Origin: Lama glama | Lineage: Eukaryota | Reading direction: 5' to 3' | Length of the DNA stretch: 64,000 nucleotides | Assembly: GCA_028534125.1 (NCBI GenBank) | Contig: CM052816.1 | Span: 93,994,001 to 94,058,000, forward strand | Notes under the pieces: generated by a model | Told to the model about the DNA's origin: nothing | What the model saw: only the letters and a program-made list of their open reading frames with translations | Database searches by the model: none | Translations under genes and position numbers: made by a program | Part shown: positions 51,040 to 63,935 of the stretch, one piece after another | Numbering within the stretch: the first letter of the stretch is position 1 | How the letters are laid out: each line of letters opens with the position of its first letter

Positions 51040-52640
51040 TTTCTATTCTAATTCATCTATACACTCACCAATATGTATTGCAAGGCTACTGTGAACCAAG
51101 GCCTGAAACAGACCCGGGCTATCCAATAACCAGCAAAGCCATGGAAGCTCCCGCCCTCCTCTGTTTTGCCGTCGGTCTAGTAGAGGTGACACATATCTAA
51201 CAAGCAAATAAGCTAATAATTAGGAAATGTGAAGGAAGTAAACAAAACCCAGAGTTAAAGAATAGTAAGGCTGCACGAATAAAGCCAAATGCTTTAACAG
51301 AACCCCCAGGTAACAGTGGTTTCATGGAGGAAAAAAATACCCACTCCTTTCTCACATAACAGCTGAAAAAAAGGTAGGCACCAGCCACACATTTTCAGAG
51401 ACCAAATCCTCCATTTTGTTATTCCACCATCCCTAGGGGATTCATTTCATCCGCATTTTCCAGAATGGCTCATTACTGCATCTTAATACCACCCAAAGGC
51501 TCAAACATCCCCTCCACTTAGATCCCATTAGCTAAGACTCATCTCTCATGCCCAACCTTAGGAACGCAGAGTTTGGAAAATATTATTTGTGGTTTTCCTT
51601 TTTCTACCTTAAATGAAAGGACACTAGAAGAAGGTTGAAAAGGATATTGCACATCAATCTACCATACATCTAATGAGGGTTATTTCATTTGTGTGTAGAT
51701 CTCCCTGAAGAAATATGTATGATAAAACCAAAGAATGAGGAAGACTTATGAAGTTGAAGAAGCAAATGAGAGAGGACCCAAGAAACTGAAGAATGCTGAT
51801 TACATAAATAGGTGATAGAAAGTGAGTCTGCAGAGGAACACAGAGACTGAGTTATACACATTTGTGTATGTCATGTAATACAGCCTGGATTTTATTTAAA
51901 TTTAGGAAATCCTTTTGAATAGGGGCCGTTGCCTGATCGAACTTACATTTGCAAAAGATTTCTCTTGTTATTTTTAGGATTTTAGAGTTGAGAGGACCAA
52001 TAGAAGAAGAATAAAATCAGAAAGCTCCCACAATACTAAAGGTGAAAGATAACACTGGTTTGTATTCAAGTTGTAGTAGGAAAAGTGATGATAACTGAAG
52101 ATATTCCAACCATAATTTGGGAAGAAGATTGGCTTGCCTGTAGGTTCTGATGTGGAATGCTAATAGGAAGAGAAGAAGGAAGAAGGGGCAAAGTTTCTGG
52201 ACCAAGGCACTTGGTAGATAGCAGTGTCATTTACCAAAAGGGGGAAGCAGGAGGGAAAATCGAATTGGGGAGGGAGTATCAAGGCTTCTGAAAACGTAGC
52301 TCTGAGCTGTCTGTGATTTATCTAAGTTCAAATGTCAAATAGTGTATTGGTCATATAAAGTCAGCGTTTGAAAGACAATTCTGGGGTATGAGTAGAAATT
52401 TAAGAGTCTGCTAACATTTCCAGGTTAATGAAAGACTTGAGAATGCAAAGGCTTGTGAGGGTGCAGAGAGGGAAGAGCCAGAGACTAGGAATGAGCTCTG
52501 AGGAACCCAACATCTAAGACAGAAGGAAAGTATGAACCAGCAGGGACTTGGGGCAAGAATAACACCAGAGGCGTCACCTGTTCTTTGTGTACAAAGCATG
52601 TGAGCTTCAGGAGGTGTCAAGCTGTTTCTTATAAATGCTC
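51040..52640 (-). mobile_element. L2 fragments with an inserted old MLT1 LTR (about 51270-51670)
   Basis: caccaatatgtattgcaaggctactgtgaaccaggc-like L2 3' end; gtgtcatttaccaaaag, agctctgaggaacccaacatctaaga; MLT1-like cccattagctaagactca...gagtttggaaaat. Confidence 0.6.
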
Positions 52641-52704
52641 AGAGCCTCAGACAGTGTCTAACACACCTCTTAAACAAAGAGGAAGAAAATCTAATTTATA
52701 TTTT

Positions 52705-52835
52705 ATAGGACCGTTCACATATGCTGTCTTAGTTAATCCTCAGAAAGATAATTACAATACAATCATTTTACACCAAAATAAAATGAGGCTTAGAAATTGA
52801 AATCACATCAGCTAGTAAGTAAATTTTGAAAACTG
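52705..52835 (-). mobile_element. MIR fragment
   Basis: ttaatcctcag...cattttacaccaaaataaaatgaggcttaga...atcacatcagctagtaagt. Confidence 0.6.
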
Positions 52836-54214
52836 GCTATTTTTTATTCCAAAACTCTTAAATATCTTCTATATGAAGATTGAATAAGCATTTCTTCTAC
52901 AGGACCAGACGAACGGAACCTGTTGAGAACCGGAAGACTGACCAGAGCACATGGTCTGGACTCACCCGGACCGTGGAGGCTAACAGGAAACTGAATAAAC
53001 TCAGAATGGTTGGAGGAATTTTCCAGAGTGGAGATAAAGCATGAAAAGATCATGTGCATGTACATAATTATCTAATATTAAATTTTTATCCAAGACATAA
53101 AATTATGTCTGTAGCGCCAAATGTTTCATTTTTATGAGAAAATTTTTACTCATTTGCCATAATAGATGACAATCGCATTCTAAATGTGTCATTTCCTTCA
53201 ATAGGAACTTAGGGACCAAATTTGAAATTGGCCAGCAGGAAGCTATTAAAAGGGGTATTTATTTCTGCCATGGATTTAGTACTATGCATGGAATTCCATT
53301 TTATTTAGCAGAGTGGGGAACGAAGACTCCTTTATTATTCATTCATTTATTATTTATTTTTATGATATTGAAGGGAACTTTTATATTTGTGTAATTCAAG
53401 GCACGTTTTGTATTAAGGGTTTATGGATGAAAAATCTGCATTGATAAGTTTTCACAAGTATGGACTTTAATTTTTGCTGCAGCATTTAACTATAACACCA
53501 AGTATATTTTTGGGTGTCTATGGACATTGTTGTACTGAGAGTATTTTTTTAGAAACCATGTTTACAGCTAGCATCAGCTTTCTTGTTACATATGAAAATC
53601 TATCCTCAAATAGCTGATACTCATGCTTTTAATTACAGGAAATTTTCATAAGTTTTATATAAGATCTGATTTTTCTGTTTCTGCTTGTAAAATGTCTTTA
53701 TATGTTGAATATTTAGTATATGTGATATTCATTGACATTAATTGCTTATGTAAGAATGGATCATTTTCTCATATCTCCTCCATTTAATTACTTACTAGGT
53801 AAAGGTAATGACAGGGTGTTCAGATGTACTTCTTCATAAACCAATTACATTTTGCCTTTCTTCCACAATCCCAAGCTAAATCAGTATCCTCAATCAATAA
53901 CCTCACAAATGTGTGTCTATATTTCAATGAATGCATCCTGATATAGCAAAATCTATCAATGGTATAAAAAGTTCCTAAAGTGTTGGCCAACTGTGATTTA
54001 TCATGGTAGCATTATTTAATGTTAAAAATCACCATGACTAAAAATAACAGTGCTTCCTTTTGTACACGAATAATCAACATAATTATGTATGTACATTTTG
54101 CTTATTCACTCTCAATTATTATTTATTATTATTAATTATTAACATATATTAATAATTTTAATTCTATGTGTAATTTCTTATAACATGTCTAAACTACTCC
54201 ATAAATTCCAACTT

Positions 54215-54980
54215 ACCTTGTTCACATAATAATTATTCAATGAATATTATTGAATGTGTTAAATGAATGAATAACTGAATAAACAAATATCACCAAATCT
54301 TATTTATTTTTCAGCATAAATAGCTCTGAGCATCATTTATGACTGCTTTCTTCACTTCATTCTCCAAAGTCCAAGCTTTCATCATCTCTTTTTTGAACCA
54401 CTGCCATTTTGTCCTTATTAGTCTCAGAGGCTTGTGGTCAGTTTACCACCTGCAGTAAAAGAAATTCCTTAAAGGTCTCTATCTGGTCATAATTTTTCTT
54501 CTATGTCTTACTCTTCTGAGAATAAAACCCAAAACTTTGACAAGGTTTTCAAAGAGCTACACAATCTGGCTCTGTGGACCTTACCACTGACGTCTAAGAG
54601 AATTCCATTCTCTTTTCCTCACCGAGCCCTCCCACTCTTTCAAGAGACAAAGGCAATCATTGTGTTACTCTCATTTTCCAGTGTATTATACCTTCTTGCA
54701 TCCAAACATGGTTTTCTCTCTGTCTAGGACCTTCTTTCTCCTTCCATCTTCCCTAATCTACAGATGTAAGGTTCACTTCCTTGGAGGGATGGGAAGAGAG
54801 AAGAATGCTAGTTACCCTGACGAGATTCTAGGTTCAGGATCCCTGCAGCAGAGCCCCACAACGCTGAACCTCTCCTTTCATAACATTCCATCATTTGCTT
54901 AATTTTCTGAGTCCTTTTATTCTCCAGCACCTGCCGTATTAGCATTTGGCACAGTAAGGTGATCAATGATTTCTTTCTTG
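54215..54980 (+). mobile_element. L2 fragments
   Basis: tgaatgaataa tail; gtccaagctttcatcatctct...gaataaaacccaaaactt...tctccagcacctg...tttggcacagtaaggtgatcaat. Confidence 0.65.
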
Positions 54981-54986
54981 GACAAG

Positions 54987-55500
54987 TGTTCCTGGGGTAT
55001 TAACAAGTACAATATTTAAATGCCTCTGAGTCTTTTGCCCTCAGATGGATTCCTCATTCTTTGTCTATGCTCCTCTGTTAAACAGAGGTCTGGCTGCTGA
55101 AAGCACATATCTCCCTGGGCTCTTGTCAGGGTCTTCCACTGTGGTTGGCCCATGGGGAGACTGGGGAGCAGACAGAGGAAGGACCCAGCAGGTCTCTTCC
55201 CCCTGTTCTCCACCCTAGAACTTTTCTCTGTTGGTGGCAGCATCTGCTCCCTGGATTCAGCTCCTATGTGACAGGCTGCTGCGATTCCAAGTTCTAAACT
55301 CAGGTGATTGATGCTTTTTGTCCATCCAGCCCAGTGGTCCCACATTCCCTGGACTTTTTTTTTTTTTTCTGTTCTAGTGAGATCACAAACTCTCATCTGG
55401 CTTCTAGGTGTTCTGTCACTTCTGTTAAAATTATTTGCTTTCATTTACATTGTTTCAAAAAGAAGTAAAGTTGTTTCTATTTTTCTGGTTATAGCCTGTC
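54987..55500 (+). mobile_element. LTR33-like ERVL LTR
   Basis: gaggtctggctgctga...ctccctgggctcttgtc...ttggcccatggggagactgg. Confidence 0.55.
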
Positions 55501-55519
55501 TAATCCATCATCAGTCTAA

Positions 55520-58500
55520 TCAAAACTGAGAGAATTTGTCACCAATAGACCCCCCCCTTGCAAGAAATGTTGAAAGTTCTTCAGAGAGAAGTAAAATGAT
55601 GTATTCAGAAACTCAAATCTACATAAATAAAAACATCTGAAAACGAAAAATTTAGGTAAAACAAAATCTGTTATTTTCTCATCTTAATTGACCTATAGAT
55701 AAATAAGTGAAATGAATGACAGGCATATTGTGAGGGACTTGAGGGAGGAAATGGACATACTCCGTTATAAGTTACCTGCACCACTCATGAAGTGATAGAG
55801 TGTAATAAAAGTGGGCTAGGTTAGTTGTGCATGTATTTTGCAAACACTAGGGCAACCACTAAAAAAAAATTAAAGAAATATAATTAATATGCTAAGAGAG
55901 GAGTAATATAGAATCAAATAAAAAGCTCAAATAATGCCGGAAAAAAGTAAGAAAAAAGGAACACATTTAAAAAGAGAAAAGCATACATTTGAAGAATAGA
56001 AACATTCATAAACACAGAGATATTAAATTCGATGATACTAATAGTCACTTTAAATTAATGGTCTAGATACACACCAGTTAAAAGAAAATGATTGTTAAGA
56101 GTGAATATGAAATCAAGATTCAACTCTATCTTGTGAACAAGAAACACACTTTAAATGGAAAGTGAAAGATAGATAAAACTAAAGGGATGGAAAAAGATAT
56201 ACCTTTCCAACACTAAACAACAGAAAACTGGAGGAGCTATATTAACTATAGTCAAAACTGACTTCAGAATAAGGAAAATTATCAGGGATAATGAGGGGCA
56301 TTATGTAATAATAAGTTCATCTCAATAAAAATCCCTGAAAGTTATTTTATAGATATCAATAAATTAATTTTAAACTTTATTTAGAAAGACAAAGACCCAG
56401 AATAACAAACATAACACTGAAGAAGCAAACAAATCCAGAGGACTCACACTCTCCAAAGTCAAGACTTACTATAAGGTCGTATTAATCAAGACAGCAGGCT
56501 CTTGGCCAAAGAATAGACAAACAGGGCAACAGGACAAAATATAACGCTCAGAAAGAGCCCACGAATGTAGCCCACTGATCTTTGTAAAAGGAGTAAAGTC
56601 AATTCATCTACTGGAATTTCCAGTCAGTGCAATAAGAAATAGTTAAATGGAATTATCAAAATGTTATCATATGTGTAACTACAATGTCATCAAATTCAAA
56701 AAATTAGATCATATTAATTATGTTCTCATGAATAGCACCATCAAGCAAGCTAGGAACAGATAATAATAAGAGAATAATTAGAAAAAAAAACTCATGAGTT
56801 AAAAAAATTCATAAATTGAGGTCAAAATAATCCATTGTTCCAAGAAGTAATCACAATGAAATCACATTCTTGGAACTGAATAATAAATTATGAAAATTGG
56901 TAGAATGCAGCCAAGCCATACTTAAAGAATGCTTTATGGTCCTTACTGCATATGCTGAAAAAGGAAAAGGCTGACAATATGAGTTAAACATCCTTCTGTG
57001 AAAGAAAATTAATAACAAATTATATCCATATAAAATAAAAGAAACAGATAATAAAAGTAATAGCAGGAAATAGATTAAAGAGATCAACAAAAATAAACAT
57101 TGTTTTTTTGAGAAGACTAATTTACTTGATACATTCTTGGCAAGCAGTTGAGAGAACATGCAAAACGAGTACAAATAATCACTATCAGGAACGAACAGGG
57201 GCTTCACTACAGAGCTTATGGATGTTAAATTAATAGAACAATATATTATGCACAAATATAGACCAATACATTTGAAAACTGAAATGAAAGCAACAAACTT
57301 AAGAAAAACCTACCAAACCTTACAGAAGAAAAAATAAAATTTGAAAAATGTATGCAGGATATATAATTAAAGACCTCCCCACAGACAAATTCAAGGTCTA
57401 GATGATTTTGTTACTGAAATCAACCAAACATTTAAGAAATAAATCATGTCAATCTTAGACATCTCTTCAAGAAATAAGAAAAAATGAAAATACAAACAGC
57501 TTTTTTTCTAGCATAGATCTGATACAAAACCCTGATAAATTCATTAGAAGAAAAGAAAGTTACATGGGTGTGCACACACATACACACTCCTAAGTAATGA
57601 GGGGTATAAATTGATGAACTTGGCAAAGAAAAAAATTTAAGACACAGGGCACACTAACACTACAGAGCGAAATATCGATAAACTGGACTACCTAAAATAG
57701 GAACTTCTCTTTCTCAAAATATACACTTAAGAAATTGCAAAACAAACATAGAGTGAGAGAAGGTATTTACAGGCCGCACACTGAAAAATGGCTCATATAC
57801 AGAATAATCAAAGCCCTGCTAGATAATTAGAGACACACAACAGAATGGAAATAAGGGCAAGAAACTTGAACAGACAGTGCACCAGAGATCACTAACTCAG
57901 CGTCCTATAGTGAATAAGCATAAAGGTGACCTAGAAATTATACAGGAGTTATCATTACACACCCTCCAGAATGATTAAAGGTAAGAGCCTTTCACTATGC
58001 CTGGAGCTGGCAACGCTGCAGAACGATGACTCCCCCCTACACTTCTTGAGCAAGTGCTCATTGGTACAATCACCTTGGACGGCTGGCAGTCAGAAGATCC
58101 TAAAACTGAACATAAACAAGTATCATGACTCAGCAATTCCACCCTTCGGTGTATTTTCAACAGAAATGTATGCATGGGTGCATTAAGACACATACATGAC
58201 AAAGTTCAGAGCTGATTTATTCTTCGTAGCCAAGCGCTGGAAGCAACGCAAATGCTAATTAGCAATGCAGTGGATTGCCTACTAGTGAGCGTTTGAAGAA
58301 GAAATAATAGCTCCGTAAAACAATTTAAATAATCTCAAAATCTTGTGTGAAAGATGCCAGACACATGAAACAATTCCAATTTTATGATCCAATTCTATTT
58401 CAAGCCATAAAGCGGTGAAACTCTATTTTAAGAATTAATGATAGTTCGTTTCTTTTGAAGGAGTGAAGGGTTAACGACTGGCTGGAGACACAAGAAGCTT

Positions 58501-58640
58501 CTCTGAGTGCTGAAATCTTCAGTGTAAAGACCTGCACTTGGTTTTAAGTCAGTTGACGTTGTGGTAATTCATTGAGTTATTCAGTTAGGATTTTTCTCTT
58601 TTCTCTGTTTGTCACACTTCAAATAAAGTTCAAAAAATAA
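55520..58640 (+). mobile_element. Composite of old L1 fragments (ORF1 end, endonuclease, ORF2 pieces, 3' UTR)
   Basis: aactgagagaatttgtcaccaatagac (ORF1 end); caagaaacacactttaaa...aaagggatggaaaaagatatac (EN); aagacttactataagg; atgactcagcaattccaccc; ends cacttcaaataaagttcaaaaaa. Confidence 0.85.
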
Positions 58641-59444
58641 GGAAAAGGGGCTTTGCTGTTGGCTTCAGAATAGATTACCTGTATTCTACATTTTAAAATA
58701 TCTTAAGACATTCATTTACTCCTTCTTTCTAGTAGAAAAAAGTGTACAATATTCTGTGAGAAGTTTCTGTATATATAGAGAAGCAGAAGGTAGCAGGAGT
58801 TAAGGGGAGAAAAAGAGAGAGACAAGACAGAGAGAGAAATAAACATTTGGTATTTGATATCCCAGAGCTAAATGAATAAGCTAATGTCTCTGATAGAAAA
58901 ATAACCATGTTATGTTTACCTCTAGTAAGAAAAACGAATCTGACTATTCAGCAGCACTGAGCAAAATGTCTAAAACATTGCTTCCCAAACCATTTTTAAA
59001 CAGCTTTATGGAAGTATGAACTAGACTTTTTGAAGATTGATTTTTTTTTCAGAATAAACGTAAAATTTTTGAGACTTAGATCTGTTTTGAAATCTTTAGT
59101 AGTAGGAGGAGGAAGAGGGGAGTTGGCCAGACATATTGGAGGGTATATAAAAAACTAATCTGTGTATTTTAATACCTGACAAGAGCTGAAAGGATAAATA
59201 AATGCATTCTTCTGGTGAAAAACTTCCCATGAGACTACATATGCCATCTGCTCCTACCGGATATGTCTGTATGCAGACCTACCTGTCTCCTACCTGCAGT
59301 CCTACATAAACAGCTATCAGTTGTTTAACAGAAGTCCCTACTGAATTTTCATTGTTCTGCCAGGTTTCATATTTTGGATATATGTTTCCTTATTTGTTCT
59401 TTCCTCTTCTGGAAAATAATCAAATAGGGAAAAGGAAGACTGAT

Positions 59445-59640
59445 GATAATAATAATATTTAGTAGACATTGACTGAGCCAGATGCAAGGCTAGAACGTTG
59501 CTTAGATTGACTGAGACAATGCTCACCATCACCATCATTGACGCCATTATGGTGCTAATTTGGCATACAGGTATCACAACATCAGTCAGTGTTAGACCCC
59601 GGATTCCCATCCTGCACTCTGTATCCAGAGCCCGTGACGC
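59445..59640 (-). mobile_element. MIR fragment
   Basis: aataatatttagtagacattgactgagccagatgc...ctctgtatccagagcccgtg. Confidence 0.5.
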
Positions 59641-59939
59641 CAGTTAGGAAACGATTAAGATGCCCCCTAAACGGAAAGCCCTCATCTCTCAGCCCCACCT
59701 CTTCCCACCTCCATGATGTGGCCAAGTTTGTTTCCAGCCATCCCCTCGCTCTCAGAGGATGTGGTAAGCACATTTTCAAGGTTGATCAGCACGTATGAAT
59801 GTGTGTGTGTACGTGGGTACATGTATTTAACCTCTTGCCTTATTTCCATAAGGCACTGGCCTTCAACTTTTTGCATTGTGATTTCTCCCTTTTGAACATT
59901 GCCTTCAAAGACTTAATGTTCAGTAATGGAATCTCATAA

Positions 59940-60700
59940 TCTTTCTTCCTTACACATCCTTGTATTCCCCCAGAGAAAGGATGCTGCTGCAAACTGGCAA
60001 ATTTCCAGAGCGCTTGTTGAAGCAGATTCTTGAGGGGCAGCCTTAGTGAGAGAGGCTCATGATCTGCCCAGTAACCAACTCTTTGAAAGTGCCAGTCACC
60101 AGAATGCAGTGTTAACTCAAAACCCTGAAAAAGGGCCACCTTGTCTTCCTGGCCCTCCCTAAAGGCATTCTGCCCATCTCTGCCTCTATTGCAGATGCCC
60201 AGCCACTGGGAGGGAAAGGAAATCCTTGCCCTTAGCACAGCTGATTTCTCTGAGGCTAGCAAGCCCGCGTTCCAGGGCAAACCCCTGAGATGACAGCCAC
60301 CTCCTGGACAGGTGCCCCGTTCTGCTTTGTACTTATGTAGCCTCGTTTCTTCCCACATTCTGTGGTGGTTTCCTCCAGAATCATCTCTTCCTTGATAATC
60401 TGCACACTCACCTCTGTCGTCATGGGATTTGTAAGTATTTCTCCCACTCCATTCTTGAACTGAACTGGGACTCTGCCTCGAAGACACAGCTCCCCACAGT
60501 CTTTTAACTTGAAAACTATTTGTTTTTTACTGCACACTGGGTCCATCTTGTCCTCAGCCACTTCCTTATAATAATAACAGCATCTTCCACACTTTTGTCC
60601 ACAGGCTGTCCAGCCTTCTCCACTTGGCATCAGTCTCACTCAGGGACCTAATGAACACCTCCTTCATTCATCGCAGCCTTGGCACCGTGCTCAGATGTCT
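59940..60700 (-). mobile_element. Degraded Gypsy/Ty3-like internal region (gag C-terminus, protease, RNase H-like remnants)
   Basis: Motif order in two overlapping ORFs: CYYYKEV...DPVC (knuckle-like), TTEVSVQII (DTGAS-like), EVAVIS/GLPWNAGLL (protease C-terminus), WHFQ...ADHEPL...ALWKFASLQQHPF (RNase H F..TDH.PL...RW..LQ.Y.F). Confidence 0.55.
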
Positions 60701-60759
60701 CCTCTCAACCCTTGCAAAGCTTTTTGCTTTGATTTTCACCTGACATCAGTATTACAATA

Positions 60760-62200
60760 TGACTTTTTTTTTCTTTGTTCAACCGTCATTTCCATTCCAG
60801 TATTTTCAAACTTTCTAATTTTTTGCCTTTAAATACTACCCCCGCCTATTGCAAAGGCTATTAACTGGATTGTTTGAACCACTGAGATTATCTCCAGTTC
60901 ATCCTTATCATCAGACTGAGTTTCCTGATTGCACCCCCATCATTGTATTTCATGTTTTCTAGTTATGCTTTCTGTTTTACCTTTTCCTCATTTTTCCTTT
61001 TGATGATTTAAACAATATTTTTTGTTTCACTTCATCTCATATTTTTCCAGGAGAGTCTGAAGTCAAACAGTATCTATATCTTATCTCTGAATAAGAAATA
61101 CCTTAGCGTATTTTCGCTTTTCTCCCCCACCACGATAACAATTGTAGATCTCCTAGGATTCTATATTTAGATTTTTTAAATTATGGCAACAATTATTTAG
61201 ACATATACTTAAGTTTTACTACTATAATTAGCATTAATATTTCTCTTAGCCTAAAATTTCCTTAAAACAATTTATTCTTCAATAATTATTTCAGAGATAT
61301 CCTCTAGTTTGGTAAAAATTTATGAGCCTTTTTGAGTATCAAAAATAAGTTTTCAATTTGTCCTTTCCCACAAATTCTGGTATAGCTGGACAGAGGAATC
61401 GAGTTTCCAGCTAATTTCCCCTTGGAATGTTTAAGATAGTTGTCATCCCACAATCAATATATATGATGAAAATTTCATTATTCACCCAACTCATATTCCC
61501 TCACAGATAACCTCGGTCTCTTCAATCTACTTCTCATCCTCTTTACTATGCTGTTCTCATTCTTAATTTATTATAATCATGTTTTAAGTTTCAGCAGACT
61601 TTCTTCCCTATTTTATAACACTATTCATTTTGGGGATTAAATCATGTCCAGCATCTCTAAACATTTATTTTAAATTTTTGAATGCTTTGGGATTGCCCCT
61701 ATGCAGTCCCGTGTTAACGAATTATTCTGTTGGTTAGAGTTGACGGCTTATTCACGTTGCTTCTTTTCTTTAAGCAGTTAGTGAGGTTCAATTTTCCTAC
61801 TTTTCTTTTAATTTGATTCTCTGTGGTCCTTTGTCTTTGAGTATGGATGTGACTGGTTACAGGACCTTGTTTCTTGTACTTGAGCAGAACAATTGGGGCA
61901 GGCTGAGCTACCTGTTGGGGTGAGTTGGCAATCTTGATCTTTGTTTCTTGAGGTTCCCGTGTCATCATGGCGCTACTCTCTTCCTAGGACACCCCTCGTG
62001 TCTCCAGCCACTGCCAGCTGCTTTATTCCTTATGCAGATACACCAGCTAACCTCTGCTTCTTCCAACAGTGTTGAGGGGGTGGGCAGGGAGAAAGCAGCT
62101 ACTTCTCCAAATTTCTCTCTCTTTAGTGGCCCTAATGTTTGTTCCCTGGTTTCTCATTCTCGTCCATCCACCTCCTCAGCTTTCCCTTGTGTGTTTTTCA
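60760..62200 (-). mobile_element. Old HAL1/L1ME-like fragments
   Basis: tatagctggacagaggaatcgagtttccagctaatttccccttggaatgtttaagat resembles antisense ORF1. Confidence 0.5.
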
Positions 62201-62203
62201 CTA

Positions 62204-62755
62204 TGTAGGGTTTGATCAGAGGCTCAGAAGTACTATGAATAACATTAACTAGGGCATTGATTGTGGAGATTAAGCCTCACACAGTCCTTTGTGGGAGCTC
62301 ACAAAGAGGTCTTTGGAAGGCATCTAGCTACGATGATGAGCCTGGAGCCATATGAATCCAAAAAAGAGTTAGATACATGGCAGGGAAACACAAAAACAAA
62401 TTCAAACCCAAGAGGACAATCTGAACCCCCAAGAACAAAGGGGAATCTGTGTCAGTCTCTCACTGCCTCCAACCTTGGCCATGAAATGACCTGCAGAAGA
62501 ATCTGGTGACCTTCCCACAGACACCTGGCCCGACTGGGTAGAACCTGAAGGAAGGGCACCTGGCCGGGCGAATGAGCCCGCAGATCAGCAAGGATACGTG
62601 TGAGCTACAGCACTTCCGCCTCCCACTGAGACCTTCCGACTTTACTGACTGCTGCCCCATTTTGCCTTCAGATACTGCACATCCTTCTCTAATCCAGTGC
62701 ATCTGGTAAAGGGGATTCTGGAAAAATAGCTAAGTTGACACAGTTGAGCACCACC
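62204..62755 (-). mobile_element. ERVL-class LTR (LTR40/41/52-like)
   Basis: gtgtcagtctctcactgcctccaaccttgg...ggggattctggaaaaatagctaagttgacacag; directly abuts an ERVL-int 3' end. Confidence 0.6.
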
Positions 62756-63495
62756 GGTCAACCTGCTACCCTGGCCCCTGTGCACATCTCTTTTAATCAC
62801 CCTTGATTTTCAAGTGAATAAAATTAGGCTGTCACCTGCCATGTTTCTGCTTTTTCTCATACACTGAGGACATTTCAACTGCTCCCCAAAGAGAATGCAC
62901 AGTCACATTACACACCTTTGGATGAGGTTCACTGCTCTTTTAGCTGAGTCACACCCCCTTTAATATGCTGAAGACTAAATACTAATATAGAAGACTATCT
63001 ACTACTCACATTTCTATGTGAGATGACAGGATATGGGAGAAGGGGGAAGCTGGTTAATTGCACAGTAATACATAAATACCAAAATAAGGGAGAAATACTC
63101 ATACTATTACAGTCTCATTTCCACAATTGGTCACGTGGTCATAGCTCTTACAAATTCACCCTCTCATCATCCATGCCTTATTTTCTCCACCATCTGTAAG
63201 CATCTTGGTGTGGTGCTTTGTCTGATGGGGTGACCCAAATCATCTTCATTTCTGAAGGTTCCAGTCCTGGCTCTTTTGTGTTTCTGTAGTTTTCCATTGA
63301 TTGTCATCCAGGACATGGGACTACTAAGAGGTGTCCCAGGGGACATCTAATATTCGACACATGTCCCGTTACTCTTACTATAAAGTAGCAACCCAATGCT
63401 TCTTTGATAAGAGGGTATTGATTTTCTGCAGCCAGTACAGTAACCCTTTCCTGAGTGTAAGTTACCCACTGTTGCCAAATGTCAGTTTCTTCATC
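62756..63495 (-). mobile_element. ERVL internal 3' region (dUTPase/pol end)
   Basis: caattggtcacgtggtcatagct...ggggtgacccaaa...gtagttttccattga...ggacatgggactactaagaggtgtcccagggga...cagccagtacagtaaccc. Confidence 0.8.
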
Positions 63496-63496
63496 C

Positions 63497-63935
63497 ATTT
63501 TTTATTAAAATAAACTTTTTAAAATCTTAGCATACTTTACCTTTGTGGAAATGTTTAGAGTGTTTCTGTATATCGCGCTATGCTAGCAGCTTGCCCTAGT
63601 AGGGTGCATCTGTCACAATGAAGAAACCAATATTGATGTATTATTATAACCAAAGTTTATTCAAATGCCGTTAGTTTTTCCCTCATGTCTTTCTTTTCTT
63701 CCAGGACCCCGTCCAGGATACCACATTGCATTAATTTTCATGTCTCCTGAGCCTCCTCTTGGCTGTGACAGTTTCTCAGCCTCTTTGTTCTAATGACTTT
63801 GAGGAGTCATTCGGTGCTTTTCAGGACTACTGGTCAGGTACTTTGTAGGTATTTTGTAGAATGTTCCTCAACAGGCATTTGTCTGATGTTTTTATCATGA
63901 TTAGACTGAGGTTGTATGTTTTTGTGAGGAAGACA
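63497..63935 (-). mobile_element. L1MC-type 3' UTR fragment
   Basis: ttccaggaccccgtccaggataccacattgcatt...ggctgtgacagtttctcag...tactggtcaggta...ttttgtagaatgt. Confidence 0.85.

Noticed and set aside
55016..55444. 142-aa ORF
   Set aside because: Antisense to an LTR33-like element; no recognisable protein motifs
56851..57255. 134-aa hydrophobic ORF
   Set aside because: Antisense of A-rich L1 ORF2, which produces spurious F/L/I-rich frames
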